From: Thermoplasmata archaeon
GTDB taxonomy: Archaea > Thermoplasmatota > Thermoplasmata > Lutacidiplasmatales > UBA184
Assembly: GCA_028864975.1 (NCBI GenBank)
Contig: JAGWLG010000003.1
Coordinates: 32,001-96,000 of the forward strand
DNA: 64,000 bases
Reading direction: 5' to 3'
Shown here: piece by piece, positions 55,564 to 64,000 of the stretch
Layout: each line of letters opens with the position of its first letter
How positions within the stretch are numbered: the first letter of the stretch is position 1
Notes under the pieces: model-generated
Told to the model about the DNA's origin: nothing
The model's input: only the letters and a program-made list of their open reading frames with translations
Database searches by the model: none
Program-made: the position numbers and the translations under genes

Positions 55564-56736
55564 TCAGGTCGCCCTCTCCAAGAGATGGACGACGCTCGTG
55601 GCGCCCGTGCCTCCCAGGTTGTGGGTGAGACCGACCTGGGCCCCCGCGACCTGCCGCTCCTTCGCCTCGCCCCGGAGCTGTCGGACGACCTCGGCCACCT
55701 GGGCGACCCCCACCGCGCCGAAGGGCTGTCCTTGGGCCTTGAGCCCGCCGGAGGAGTTGATGGCGAGCCGGGCCCCGGGAGGGCCGACGGTGCCCTCGGC
55801 GAGGGCCTTGCCGACGCCCCCCTTCGGACAGAATCCCAGGTCCTCGAGGGCGAGGAGGGCACTGATCGAGTAGGCGTCGTGGATCTCGGCGACCTGGACG
55901 TCCGCCGGGGTCCTCTTCGCGTGGCGGAACGCCACCTGGGCGGCGAGACGGGTCGCCTCCACCGTCGTGATGTCCTTGCGGTGCTGCAGCGCGAGCGTGT
56001 CGCAGGCGACCTGGCTCGCGCAGATGCGGATGGGGGTGTCCGTGTGCTCTCTCGCCTTCTCGAGCGGGCCCAGGACCAGCGCGGAGGCCCCGTCGGAAGC
56101 GGGGGCACAGTCCATGACCCCCAGAGGTTGAGCGACGGGCGAGCCTTCCAGCACTTGGTCGAGGGAGACCTTGTTGCGGAAGTGCGCTAGGGGGTTCTTC
56201 GAGCCCATCTCGTGGGCGAGCACGGGGAAGCGCGCGAAGTCCTCTCTCCGAGTCCCGTGGTCGTGCATGTGCCGCCGGGCGATGAGCGCCCACAGCGAGG
56301 GGAGCGTCGCGCCGAAGACCGTCTCCCACTCCTGGTCCGCGCTCGCGTTCGCGATGTCCGTCTGGACATCCTCCGGGACGTCCGTCATCTTCTCGGCCCC
56401 GCCCACGACGACGTAGTCGTGCGCGCCGCTGGCGACGGCGAGGTAGGCCTGGTGCAGCGCGACCGCTCCGCTCGCTCCTCCCGCTTCGACGCGGATCGCG
56501 GGGAGATGATGGCCCGCGAGCCCCGCGTAGTCGAGGATCAGGGGGGCGATGTGCTCCTGCTCGATGAAGCTCCCCGAGGCCATGTTCCCCAGGTAGAGCG
56601 CGCTGATGTCCTTGGAGGAAAGCTTCGCCTCCTGGAGCGCGGCGAATCCCGCCTCGATCCCGATCTCCCGGAACGAGCGGTCCCAGAGCTCGCCGAACTT
56701 CGTCTGCCCGATGCCCAGGATCGCGACCTCCCGCAT
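55564..56736 (-). CDS. Archaeal acetoacetyl-CoA thiolase homolog with substituted catalytic residues
   Basis: MREVAILGIGQTKFGELW, QEHIA, GGAEKMTD, SDGASA, INSSGGLK; EAGGASG and GQP replace EAACASG and GH. Confidence 0.88.
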   Translation of the reverse strand: MREVAILGIGQTKFGELWDRSFREIGIEAGFAALQEAKLSSKDISALYLGNMASGSFIEQEHIAPLILDYAGLAGHHLPAIRVEAGGASGAVALHQAYLAVASGAHDYVVVGGAEKMTDVPEDVQTDIANASADQEWETVFGATLPSLWALIARRHMHDHGTRREDFARFPVLAHEMGSKNPLAHFRNKVSLDQVLEGSPVAQPLGVMDCAPASDGASALVLGPLEKAREHTDTPIRICASQVACDTLALQHRKDITTVEATRLAAQVAFRHAKRTPADVQVAEIHDAYSISALLALEDLGFCPKGGVGKALAEGTVGPPGARLAINSSGGLKAQGQPFGAVGVAQVAEVVRQLRGEAKERQVAGAQVGLTHNLGGTGATSVVHLLERAT

Positions 56737-56738
56737 GG

Positions 56739-57800
56739 TCAGCTCCCTCCCAGGTGGATCTTCCCGCGGAACTTCGCGTACATGGCGTAGGAGAGGGGAA
56801 CTCCCCCGTCGAGGAACTCCTGGACCGGGGGGCCGTGCTGCCGGTCGAAGCCCTCGATCCGGTCGGTGACCGTGAGGTCGAACGCGTCGGAGCCCGCGCC
56901 GCTGCCGTACCCGACGACCAACACACGGTCGCCGGCCTTGGCGTGGTCGAGCACGTTCGCGAGCCCGAGGAGCGCGGCACCGGAGTAGGTGTTGCCCACC
57001 CACGGGGTCACGAGACCGTACTTCATCTGCTGGTCGGAGAACCCCATGGACTTCCCGATGCGCTGAGGGAACTTCCCGTTGGGCTGGTGGAAAACGACGT
57101 GCTGGTAGTTCTGAGGAGAGGTCTGCGCCCGCTCCATCATGCGCCGCCCGCACTCTCCCACATGGCGGAAGTAGGCCGGCTCGCCCGTGAACCTTCCTCC
57201 GTGGCTCGGGTAGCGCTGGCCCTCCCGACGCCAGAAGTCGGGGGTGTCCGTGGTGAAGCTCTCCGTCGCGTTGATCTCCGCGATCAGGTTCTCGCGGCCG
57301 ATCACCAGCGCGGCCCCGCCAGCGCTCGCCGAGTACTCGAGAGCGTCACCGGGGGCGCCCTGGGAGGTGTCCGCGCCGATCGCGACACCGTAGGTGATCA
57401 TCTTGCTCGCCACCATCCCCATGCAGGTCTGGATGGCCGCCGTTCCCGCCTTGCAGGCGAACTCGAAGTCCGCCGCGGTGAGGTAGGGGGTCGCGCCGAC
57501 AGCCTGGGCGACGACCGTGGCCGTGGGCTTCACGGCGTACGGGTGGCTCTCGCTCCCGACGTAGAGCGCCCCGATGTCCCGGGGATTGATCTTGCCGCGG
57601 GTGAGCGCGATGCGCAGCGCCTCGGTCGAGATGGTGATGGTGTCCTCGTCCGGGGAGGGGACGCTCTTGCGGACGACGTTCAGCCCCTTTCCCATGGCGG
57701 CCCCATCGGTCCCCCAGACCTGCCCGATCTCCTGGGGCGTGATCCGGTAGCGCGGGACGTAAGCGCCGTAGCTCACGATGCCGACCTTCTCTTCGGTCAT
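56739..57800 (-). CDS. Hydroxymethylglutaryl-CoA synthase (archaeal)
   Basis: [49 protein letters not shown]; GGAG 7 nt before ATG 57800. Confidence 0.93.
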   Translation of the reverse strand: MTEEKVGIVSYGAYVPRYRITPQEIGQVWGTDGAAMGKGLNVVRKSVPSPDEDTITISTEALRIALTRGKINPRDIGALYVGSESHPYAVKPTATVVAQAVGATPYLTAADFEFACKAGTAAIQTCMGMVASKMITYGVAIGADTSQGAPGDALEYSASAGGAALVIGRENLIAEINATESFTTDTPDFWRREGQRYPSHGGRFTGEPAYFRHVGECGRRMMERAQTSPQNYQHVVFHQPNGKFPQRIGKSMGFSDQQMKYGLVTPWVGNTYSGAALLGLANVLDHAKAGDRVLVVGYGSGAGSDAFDLTVTDRIEGFDRQHGPPVQEFLDGGVPLSYAMYAKFRGKIHLGGS

Positions 57801-57840
57801 GTCCATTCTCCTTGCTCCTGCTCTTCGATACGGTGTCGGG

Positions 57841-58518
57841 TCAGATCTCCTCGAGACGCTTCAGGACCTCCTTCGGTCCGTACGGGGTCGTGAGGAGCGG
57901 GATGTTCTCCACCTCGGAGAGGCGGACCGCCAGAGGGTCGACGCGGCCGGGGGCGGAGTAGATGACGGCGGCGGGTTTGAGCGGGTGCGCGCGGATCGCG
58001 ACCATCGGGGAGCGACCGTACTTGACGCCGCAGAAGAGGAGGGCCCGCTGGGTCGTCCAGCCGTAGACCTGGACGAACTCCTGGGCCCCCAACGACAGGA
58101 TCGCCCGCGGGGCGTCGAGGAGGGTGAACCCGTGCAGGTCCCGGTGGAGGTCGACCCGGCTCGCGGGCTTCGCGTCCAGGAGCGAGGCGAGGGTCGTGAG
58201 GGGCACCGCGATGGAGAACTCCCGCATCGCGAGGATCCCCTCGGCGGGGGAGGGGAACCCCATCCGCTGGATGACGCGGCCTCCGTGCGACTTGTCGACG
58301 GCGACCAGCCCTTCCACGTAGCGTCGGATGAACCCGGCACCAGGGCTCTGACGCCGCTCGGCCTCGTAGTCCGCGATCACGGAGGGGACGGTCTCGAGCT
58401 GATGGGCGAGCTCCGTTTGCGAGATGCCGAAGTCCTCGCGCCATTTGCGCAACGTCCGCCCGGGATGGGGGGATAGGACTACCTCGCCCGCGATCTTCTC
58501 GCGGATCTCGACCGGCAC
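57841..58518 (-). CDS. XRE/cHTH transcriptional regulator (COG1709-like)
   Basis: [26 protein letters not shown]...PSVI.DYE..RR.SPG; GRSPMVAIR. Confidence 0.82.
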   Translation of the reverse strand: MPVEIREKIAGEVVLSPHPGRTLRKWREDFGISQTELAHQLETVPSVIADYEAERRQSPGAGFIRRYVEGLVAVDKSHGGRVIQRMGFPSPAEGILAMREFSIAVPLTTLASLLDAKPASRVDLHRDLHGFTLLDAPRAILSLGAQEFVQVYGWTTQRALLFCGVKYGRSPMVAIRAHPLKPAAVIYSAPGRVDPLAVRLSEVENIPLLTTPYGPKEVLKRLEEI

Positions 58519-58655
58519 GGAGGTGAGGGAGGGGGCGGGGTACTAAAGCCTCACGCTACTTGTCGAATTGCGTATTCGACAGTTCGTGTGTCCCCTGACG
58601 GTGCGGTGGCGGGAGAAGGACCTGCAGCACCGGACCGGACGATAAGGAGGGGGAG

Positions 58656-58758
58656 TGGACTGGGCGAGATGCTCAGGAGGGAGGGGGGTCCTCTCCTCCG
58701 TTTGAACTCGCGGCCTCTACCTTGCCAAGGTAGCGATCTTCCACTGATCTACCAGCCC
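58656..58758 (-). tRNA. tRNA-Ala (GGC) with a 31-nt intron at position 59/60 (intron 58670-58700)
   Basis: Exon 1 (58758-58701) GGGCTGG...CTACC-TTGGCAA-GGTAG...GCGAG-TTCAAA; exon 2 (58669-58656) TCTCGCCCAGTCCA; G3:U70 pair; complete BHB at the junctions. Confidence 0.92.
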
Positions 58759-58826
58759 GTCTCCCCGCCGAGAGCGCGCAGACCACGGGAGTTATACCCT
58801 TTCGCTGGACTCCTCCCTCGACCTCC

Positions 58827-59792
58827 GTGCAGCTCCTCGTTTACGACGACCTCAAGCCGGAGATGGAGGCGAGCCGGGCGGCGACCCACCTCGGAGCCTT
58901 CGGCGGCTTCCTCTCGCCCTCCGAGGTCGCCATCTGGAGGAGGCTTGGGTCCTTCTCTGACTACGTCGGGGTCTTTGCGGTCGAAGCAGGGCAGGTCCTT
59001 GGCCACGCGTACGCGTTGAGGCTTCCCTACACGTACCCGGACGGCCGCGTCGAACGCGTGAGCGGGGTCGCGGGGGTGGGCTCACGACCGGACCATCGTG
59101 GGCGAGGCCTCGCGCGTCGGATGCTCGAAGAGATCCATCGAAGGGAGAGGAAGGAAGGGATCGACCACATCGCGCTCTGGACGAACCGTTCCTGGGGGGC
59201 CCACGGCATCTACGAGAGGTTGGGCTACCAGGACGTGTATGGGATCCCGCTCGCGGTCCGCGCGGTGCCGCGGACCATGCGGCCCGCCTCCAACACGGTC
59301 CGCGTTCGACACGGAAGGGTGACCGACCTACCCCGGCTCGAGGAGGTCCACGTTCGGGCGACCCGAGGGAGGATCGGGTTCACCCCCCGCCTTCCCCGGA
59401 GCCTCGTTGCCGAGCACAAGGCCCGCGCCCTCGACCCACCGAAGGACCTGCTCGTCGCCACCGACGGCGGTCGCCCGGTGGGGTATGCCCGGGTCGAGGA
59501 AGATCCCTCGCGCGTGCGATGTCCCGAGCTCCTTACCGAAGGGCCAGGGGCCGCCCTTGCCCTCATCGAAGCCATGGAACGACGTGGGCGCGGAAGGATG
59601 TGCACATGGTGCCTCTCGGCCGTTGCGGACCAGGGAGCGGAGCTCCGCCGGCGAGGGTACCTGTTCGTCCCCACCGGGTGGTACGGGATGATGGCGTGCC
59701 GGTTGCGCGGAGAAGCGAACGCTTCCCAGGTCCGGGCGGAGCTGGGGGTGGACCAGCCGCGGTGGGTCGTCCACCGCGGGGACCAGTTCTGA
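58827..59792 (+). CDS. Tandem GNAT (Eis-like) acetyltransferase
   Basis: VAGVGSRPDHRGRGLARRM, A.GIYERLGY, second GNAT-like half. Confidence 0.78.
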   Translation: MQLLVYDDLKPEMEASRAATHLGAFGGFLSPSEVAIWRRLGSFSDYVGVFAVEAGQVLGHAYALRLPYTYPDGRVERVSGVAGVGSRPDHRGRGLARRMLEEIHRRERKEGIDHIALWTNRSWGAHGIYERLGYQDVYGIPLAVRAVPRTMRPASNTVRVRHGRVTDLPRLEEVHVRATRGRIGFTPRLPRSLVAEHKARALDPPKDLLVATDGGRPVGYARVEEDPSRVRCPELLTEGPGAALALIEAMERRGRGRMCTWCLSAVADQGAELRRRGYLFVPTGWYGMMACRLRGEANASQVRAELGVDQPRWVVHRGDQF

Positions 59793-60306
59793 GCTCTCCG
59801 AGGTCCGTCGCGACGAAGGGGGGAGGTGGTCGCACCCAGGTCGTCCCGAACCGGTCGGGGTGTTGGATGCGCATGCATCCGTGCTATGCCGTATCATGCG
59901 CTGCAAGTTCTGGTCCGTGAACCTGCCGCCCCGTTGAAGTAGCCGCTTCGCCGAATCCTTCGTTCGAGGGGGATGACGGCCACGATCGTCTGGGGAACGA
60001 ACCTCGGGTTGTTCCTTGGACACGTGAGGAGGGGGATCGATCTACGGCCGAACAAGGCTCGAGCGTTGGCGCTCGACACGTCGCCCCCTGGACCCCCTTT
60101 TGGTGTGCTCCCCCCGGACAGCCTGGGCGAGGTGGATCGACCACGGAGAGCCCCGTGCGGACGCTGGCATCCCCCTCAAGAGCCGGCATCCCCTCCGGAT
60201 GCCGCTCGGGGCCCGTGATGGTCGGCCCAGGCTGTCCCCGAGTTGGCGGGCCGTAGCTCCGGTCCTCCTCGCCAAGTCCCATATACCCCAGCCTGGTCGG
60301 CGCTCC

Positions 60307-60663
60307 GTGGCCGAGAACGAGCGTCGCGACGACCCGGTCGACCTGCTCCTCCGAGGGTCGAGGGAACTGCTCCATCCCGAGGCGCTGGTCGCCGAAGCGA
60401 CCAAGGACCTGGTGAAGGAGGAGATCCGCCACCTGCTCGAGCGCAAGCTCAAGGAGAACCCGGAGCTCGCGAAGGAGCTGCGCGACGCCGTCCACGACCT
60501 CCTCGAGGCGCGGGCGAGGGAGTACGCGGCGCTGCTCCGGGTGACGGCCGCCTCGGCGCGGCTCGGTTTCGCGGCGGCCCCGGATTCGGTCAAGGGGGTC
60601 CTGGCCCGCGACGTCGCGTCCCTCCTGACGCGGGAGCTCGGGACCCTCGTCGACAAGATCTGA
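60307..60663 (+). CDS. Helical hypothetical protein
   Basis: GTG 60307 about 25 nt after CATATA; charged amphipathic helices; upstream of the PAC2 gene. Confidence 0.6.
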   Translation: MAENERRDDPVDLLLRGSRELLHPEALVAEATKDLVKEEIRHLLERKLKENPELAKELRDAVHDLLEARAREYAALLRVTAASARLGFAAAPDSVKGVLARDVASLLTRELGTLVDKI

Positions 60664-60679
60664 ACGGGGGGAGAACGGC

Positions 60680-61522
60680 ATGCCCTCCTGGCGAACCCCC
60701 ACGCCCCCCATGGCCCCGGACGAGGTCCGGATCTACGAGGTGAAGCGGACGGACCTCACCGACGCGGTGGTCATCGACGGGTTCCCCTCGGTGGGTCTGG
60801 TCTCCTCGATCGTGGCGAACTATCTCATCGATGCCCTTCACATGGAACAGATCGGGATCGTGGACTCTCCCGCGTTCCCGACCGTGTCGCTGGTGCGCGA
60901 GGGGGAGCCGCAGCACCCGGTGAGGATCTACGCGGGGCAACCCCCCGACAAGCGACCGGGGAGCGCGGCCCAGAAGGTGGTGGCGTTCATCAGCGAGTTC
61001 CAGCCGCCCGCGAACGTGGTGAACAACCTCGCGCATACGGTCCTAGATTGGGCGCAGGAGCAGCGCTGCTCGCTCCTGGTCTCCCCCGAAGGGCTGGTCA
61101 TCGAACGTGGAGAGGGGGAGGAGGCCCACGTCGGCACCGTCCCTCCCACGGTCCGCGTCTACGGGGTCGCTTCGTCGCGTCGCGCTCGGGAGCTCTTCAT
61201 CGAGCCGAACGTCGCCTCGTTCCAGGAAGGGGTCGTGACCGGGGTCGCGGGGGTCCTTCTGAACGAAGGGCGCCGACGCGGGTTCGATGTCCTCACATTC
61301 CTTGCCGAGGCCCACCCGGACTACCCGGACGCCCGGGCGGCCGCGAAGGTCATCGAGACCATCGACCACGTGCTCCTGGGGACCATCATCGACCCCGGGC
61401 CGCTCTACACCGAGGCGGAGCGCATCGAGCAGCAGCTCCTCACCATCCAGAGATCGGCGGCGGAGCGCGCAGCCTCCAAGGACCGGGCCGTCCCCACGCC
61501 CTCGATGTCGATGTACGGGTGA
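60680..61522 (+). CDS. Proteasome assembly chaperone (PAC2/PbaA-B family)
   Basis: GFPSVGLVSSI..NYLI, PVRIY, G.VTGVAG.LL, A.PDYPD..AA. Confidence 0.85.
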   Translation: MPSWRTPTPPMAPDEVRIYEVKRTDLTDAVVIDGFPSVGLVSSIVANYLIDALHMEQIGIVDSPAFPTVSLVREGEPQHPVRIYAGQPPDKRPGSAAQKVVAFISEFQPPANVVNNLAHTVLDWAQEQRCSLLVSPEGLVIERGEGEEAHVGTVPPTVRVYGVASSRRARELFIEPNVASFQEGVVTGVAGVLLNEGRRRGFDVLTFLAEAHPDYPDARAAAKVIETIDHVLLGTIIDPGPLYTEAERIEQQLLTIQRSAAERAASKDRAVPTPSMSMYG

Positions 61523-61607
61523 GGCCCGGGGATCCTCGGCCCCCGTGGGAGAGGGGAGCGGCGGCGCCGGGGGGGGAGGTCCCCCTGGACGATGCGAGCT
61601 TCTCAGC

Positions 61608-61994
61608 TCAGCTGTCGGGGGCAACCGGGGGCTCTTGGCTCTCGTCCCCGTCTTCCCCGTCCCCGGACCCGTCCTTCTCGGTCTCCTCGGACCCTTCCTC
61701 GTCGGGGGGCGGCGCGGCGGCCTTGCGCCGGCGGAGCAAGAAGAGCAGCAGGAGCGCGATCAAGACCACGCCCACGATCCCTCCGATGGCCGCGTACCCG
61801 AGCGGGCTCGACCAGAAGCTGGAGCTGTTGTTCTGAGGGGTGACGTACTGGCGCGGCGGAGGGATCGCGCTGGCGGGGGCGCTGCTTCCCTCGAGGATGG
61901 AGACCCCGACCAGGAGGACCATGCCGATGGCGATCAACACAGGGACGGTCTTCTGGAGAAGGCCTGACGTCCGCGCATCTGAGTTCGAGGTCAC
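61608..61994 (-). CDS. Small membrane protein (two hydrophobic segments, RRRK, acidic tail)
   Basis: VPVLIAIGMVLLVGVSIL and YAAIGGIVGVVLIALLLLFLLRRRK. Confidence 0.6.
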   Translation of the reverse strand: MTSNSDARTSGLLQKTVPVLIAIGMVLLVGVSILEGSSAPASAIPPPRQYVTPQNNSSSFWSSPLGYAAIGGIVGVVLIALLLLFLLRRRKAAAPPPDEEGSEETEKDGSGDGEDGDESQEPPVAPDS

Positions 61995-62300
61995 TGTCTC
62001 GCCTAACGGTCAGATAGGCACTGTCGGACCCGCTATTTGAACGAATTGCCCAATTCGCACTCGGGTTCCGGCTCCTTTTGCGCGTAAACCTGCTCGAGTA
62101 TGGCCGTTTCGAGAGATCTCAAGCGTGCCCCGGTCCCGCGTTGCGACGAACCGAGACCCATGCTGCCCCCATCGGCCCGGTGGAGGTGGAGGCCCGTCCT
62201 CCGACCGAGAGAACGGCGTCTCACGGCCACGACGGACCTCTCCCCCCGGGGCGGCGCGGCGTCGCTCAAGCTTAAGAGGTGGAAACCAAGTCGGTCGCGC

Positions 62301-63566
62301 ATGAAAGTCCTCATCACGGGGGTCGACGGGTATTCCGGATGGCCGCTTGCGCTGCACCTGCTCCAGCGGGGCCACGAGGTCGTCGGGCTCGACAACTTCG
62401 TGACGCGCCAGCGCGTGGCCGAGGTCGGGAGCTGGTCGGCCACCCCGGTCCTCGACATGCACGAGAGGATCGCGGCGCTCCAGTCGCACGGGGTCCAGGG
62501 GTTCCGGTTCTACGAGGGGGACCTGTGCGATTTCACCACGGTGAAGAAGACCCTGCACAAGGAGAAGCCCGAGGTCATCGTCCATCTCGGGGAGCAGCGC
62601 AGCGCGCCCTACTCGATGATCGACGTCCACCACGCGGTGGCGACCCAGTGCCAGAACCTCACGTCGACCCTCCATATTGTCTATGCCATGCGGGACGAGT
62701 GCCCGAAGGCCCACCTCGTAAAGATGGGCACGATGGGCGAATACGGGACGCCCAACCTCGACATCGCTGAGGGGTTCTTCGAGGTCGAGTTCCGCGGGAG
62801 GAAGGACCGTGTGCCGTTCCCCCGGCAGGCCTCGAGCTGGTACCACTGGTCGAAGGTCTTCGACACGGGGGACGTGATGCTCGCGAACAAGCTCTGGGGG
62901 CTCGCGACCACCGACGTCATGCAGGGCGTCATCTACGGGACCCGCACCCCCGAGATCACCCAGGACTGGCAGTTGACCCGCTTCGACTTCGACGAGGTCT
63001 GGGGGACCGCGCTCAACCGATTCTGCGTCCAGGCGGTCCTGGGGTTGCCGCTCACGCCCTACGGGAAGGGAGGGCAGAAGAGGGGGTTCATCGCGCTCGA
63101 GGACTCGATGCAGAGCCTGCGTCTCGCCGTCGAACACCCTGCGGACCCCGGGGAGTACCGGGTGTTCAACCAGTTCGACGAGGCCTACTCGGTGGGGGAC
63201 CTCGCGAAGCTCGTGCTGAAGGTGGGGGAGAAGCTCGGGATCAAAGGGGAGATCCACAACTCCTACAACCCCCGGGTGGAGCTCGAGGAGCACTACTACC
63301 ACCCGCTCCACGACAATCTGCTGAAGTTGGGCTACCAGCACCAGAGGACGCTGGAGGAGGCTCTCGAGTGGATGCTCTCCGACCTCCAGCGCTTCCGCGC
63401 CCGTCTCGAAGAGAAGCGTGCGGTGGTCCTGCCGCGGATGGACTTCCGCGTGGGGGACAACAAGTCGCGCCTCCACATCGAGAAGGTGGCGAAGGAGGCG
63501 GTCGCGCTGCCCAAGGCGATGCGCAAGGTGCCGAGCAGCGGCTCGGCCTCGGTCTCCGAGGGGTAG
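62301..63566 (+). CDS. agl3: UDP-sulfoquinovose synthase (SqdB/Agl3)
   Basis: GVDGY.GWP.ALHL, HLGEQRSAPYSM, KMGTMGEYGTP, YHWSK, QGVIYG, FGT/WGT-ALNRFC; CTTAAG TATA at about 62270. Confidence 0.92.
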   Translation: MKVLITGVDGYSGWPLALHLLQRGHEVVGLDNFVTRQRVAEVGSWSATPVLDMHERIAALQSHGVQGFRFYEGDLCDFTTVKKTLHKEKPEVIVHLGEQRSAPYSMIDVHHAVATQCQNLTSTLHIVYAMRDECPKAHLVKMGTMGEYGTPNLDIAEGFFEVEFRGRKDRVPFPRQASSWYHWSKVFDTGDVMLANKLWGLATTDVMQGVIYGTRTPEITQDWQLTRFDFDEVWGTALNRFCVQAVLGLPLTPYGKGGQKRGFIALEDSMQSLRLAVEHPADPGEYRVFNQFDEAYSVGDLAKLVLKVGEKLGIKGEIHNSYNPRVELEEHYYHPLHDNLLKLGYQHQRTLEEALEWMLSDLQRFRARLEEKRAVVLPRMDFRVGDNKSRLHIEKVAKEAVALPKAMRKVPSSGSASVSEG

Positions 63567-63618
63567 CCTCGCGCTTCGTTCGATAAGGTCGAGAGCGAGA
63601 TCGTGAAGGGGGTCTTCC

Positions 63619-64000
63619 GTGCGAGCGGTCATCACCATGGCCGGGGAGGGGACCCGGATGCTCCCCGCGACGCGGGGACTTCGCAAGGAGATGCTGCCCC
63701 TCTTCTACCGCGGGCGACAGGGGAACCCCACGCTCGCTCCGGTCGCCCATCTCGTGGTGCGCACGCTCCACGCCGCCGGTGTGGACGACCTCACGGTCAT
63801 CGTGGGCCCTGACCAGGAGGCGGTCGTTCGGTACTTCCAACCGGACGACGCGTTCATCGCCCGGCATCTCCACCACCCCGAGCGCCTCGTGGAGACCCTC
63901 GCGCTCCACCACCTGCTCTCCGAGGTCGACTTCCATTGGGTGACCCAGAGGTCGCCGAAGGGGTTCGGCGACGCTCTCCTCAAGGCCCGCGAACGGATCG
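63619..64000 (+). CDS. Partial: sugar-phosphate nucleotidyltransferase (GalU-like)
   Basis: Manual translation from GTG 63619: MRAVITMAGEGTRMLPATRGLRKEMLP...Q..PKGFGDALL; open at window end. Confidence 0.82.
   Translation, partial: MRAVITMAGEGTRMLPATRGLRKEMLPLFYRGRQGNPTLAPVAHLVVRTLHAAGVDDLTVIVGPDQEAVVRYFQPDDAFIARHLHHPERLVETLALHHLLSEVDFHWVTQRSPKGFGDALLKARERI

Noticed and set aside
58670-58758. tRNA-Ala truncated at the T-loop as an integration (att) site
   Set aside because: The missing 3' part (TCTCGCCCAGTCCA) follows 31 nt later and a BHB forms, so this is an intron, not an att scar.
982-59792. Four GNAT genes as a coordinated system
   Set aside because: Scattered, dissimilar subfamilies with no shared context.
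63603-63812. 69-aa ORF at the window end
   Set aside because: Wrong frame; the real gene is the GalU-like frame from GTG 63619.

Overview
High-GC archaeal DNA, most likely Thermoplasmatota (inferred from archaeal PCNA, archaeal ribosomal proteins, long SecY, DUF835, and TATA boxes with leaderless starts). The core is the S10/spc ribosomal superoperon on the minus strand (rpl3 at 42503 to rpl15 at 29660), followed by secY-DUF106-cmk-cbf5. About 4.3 kb of accessory DNA separates rpl15 from secY: an AbrB/VapC pair with a frameshifted toxin, a decayed rpl15 fragment, a secreted Ser/Thr-rich protein and an orphan DNA methyltransferase. Other content: PCNA, a bacterial-type thiolase, a STAND-type ATPase/TPR/wHTH regulator, a ~2760-aa Kelch plus Ig-repeat surface protein, a short CysRS, a second vapBC, four GNATs, a GT4 glycosyltransferase, the HMG-CoA synthase/thiolase/DUF35 operon, tRNA-Arg(TCT), tRNA-Ala(GGC), agl3/sqdB and a partial GalU-like gene. 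Top observations: (1) tRNA-Ala(GGC) has a 31-nt intron in the T-loop (59/60) with a complete bulge-helix-bulge; (2) a membrane-anchored GH25 muramidase on a beta/PKD stalk, flanked by a decayed copy of the neighbouring DUF835 gene; (3) the mevalonate-operon thiolase lacks its catalytic Cys and His, while an intact bacterial-type thiolase lies elsewhere in the window; (4) cbf5 has no ATG/GTG/TTG upstream of its catalytic motif and seems to start at a CTG overlapping the cmk stop; (5) many ribosomal proteins carry long disordered tails, including an RGG-type tail on uS5; (6) a 13-aa MCxxCGC micro-ORF. No CRISPR array, integrase or transposase was seen. Family assignments come from motif recognition by eye, not database searches.
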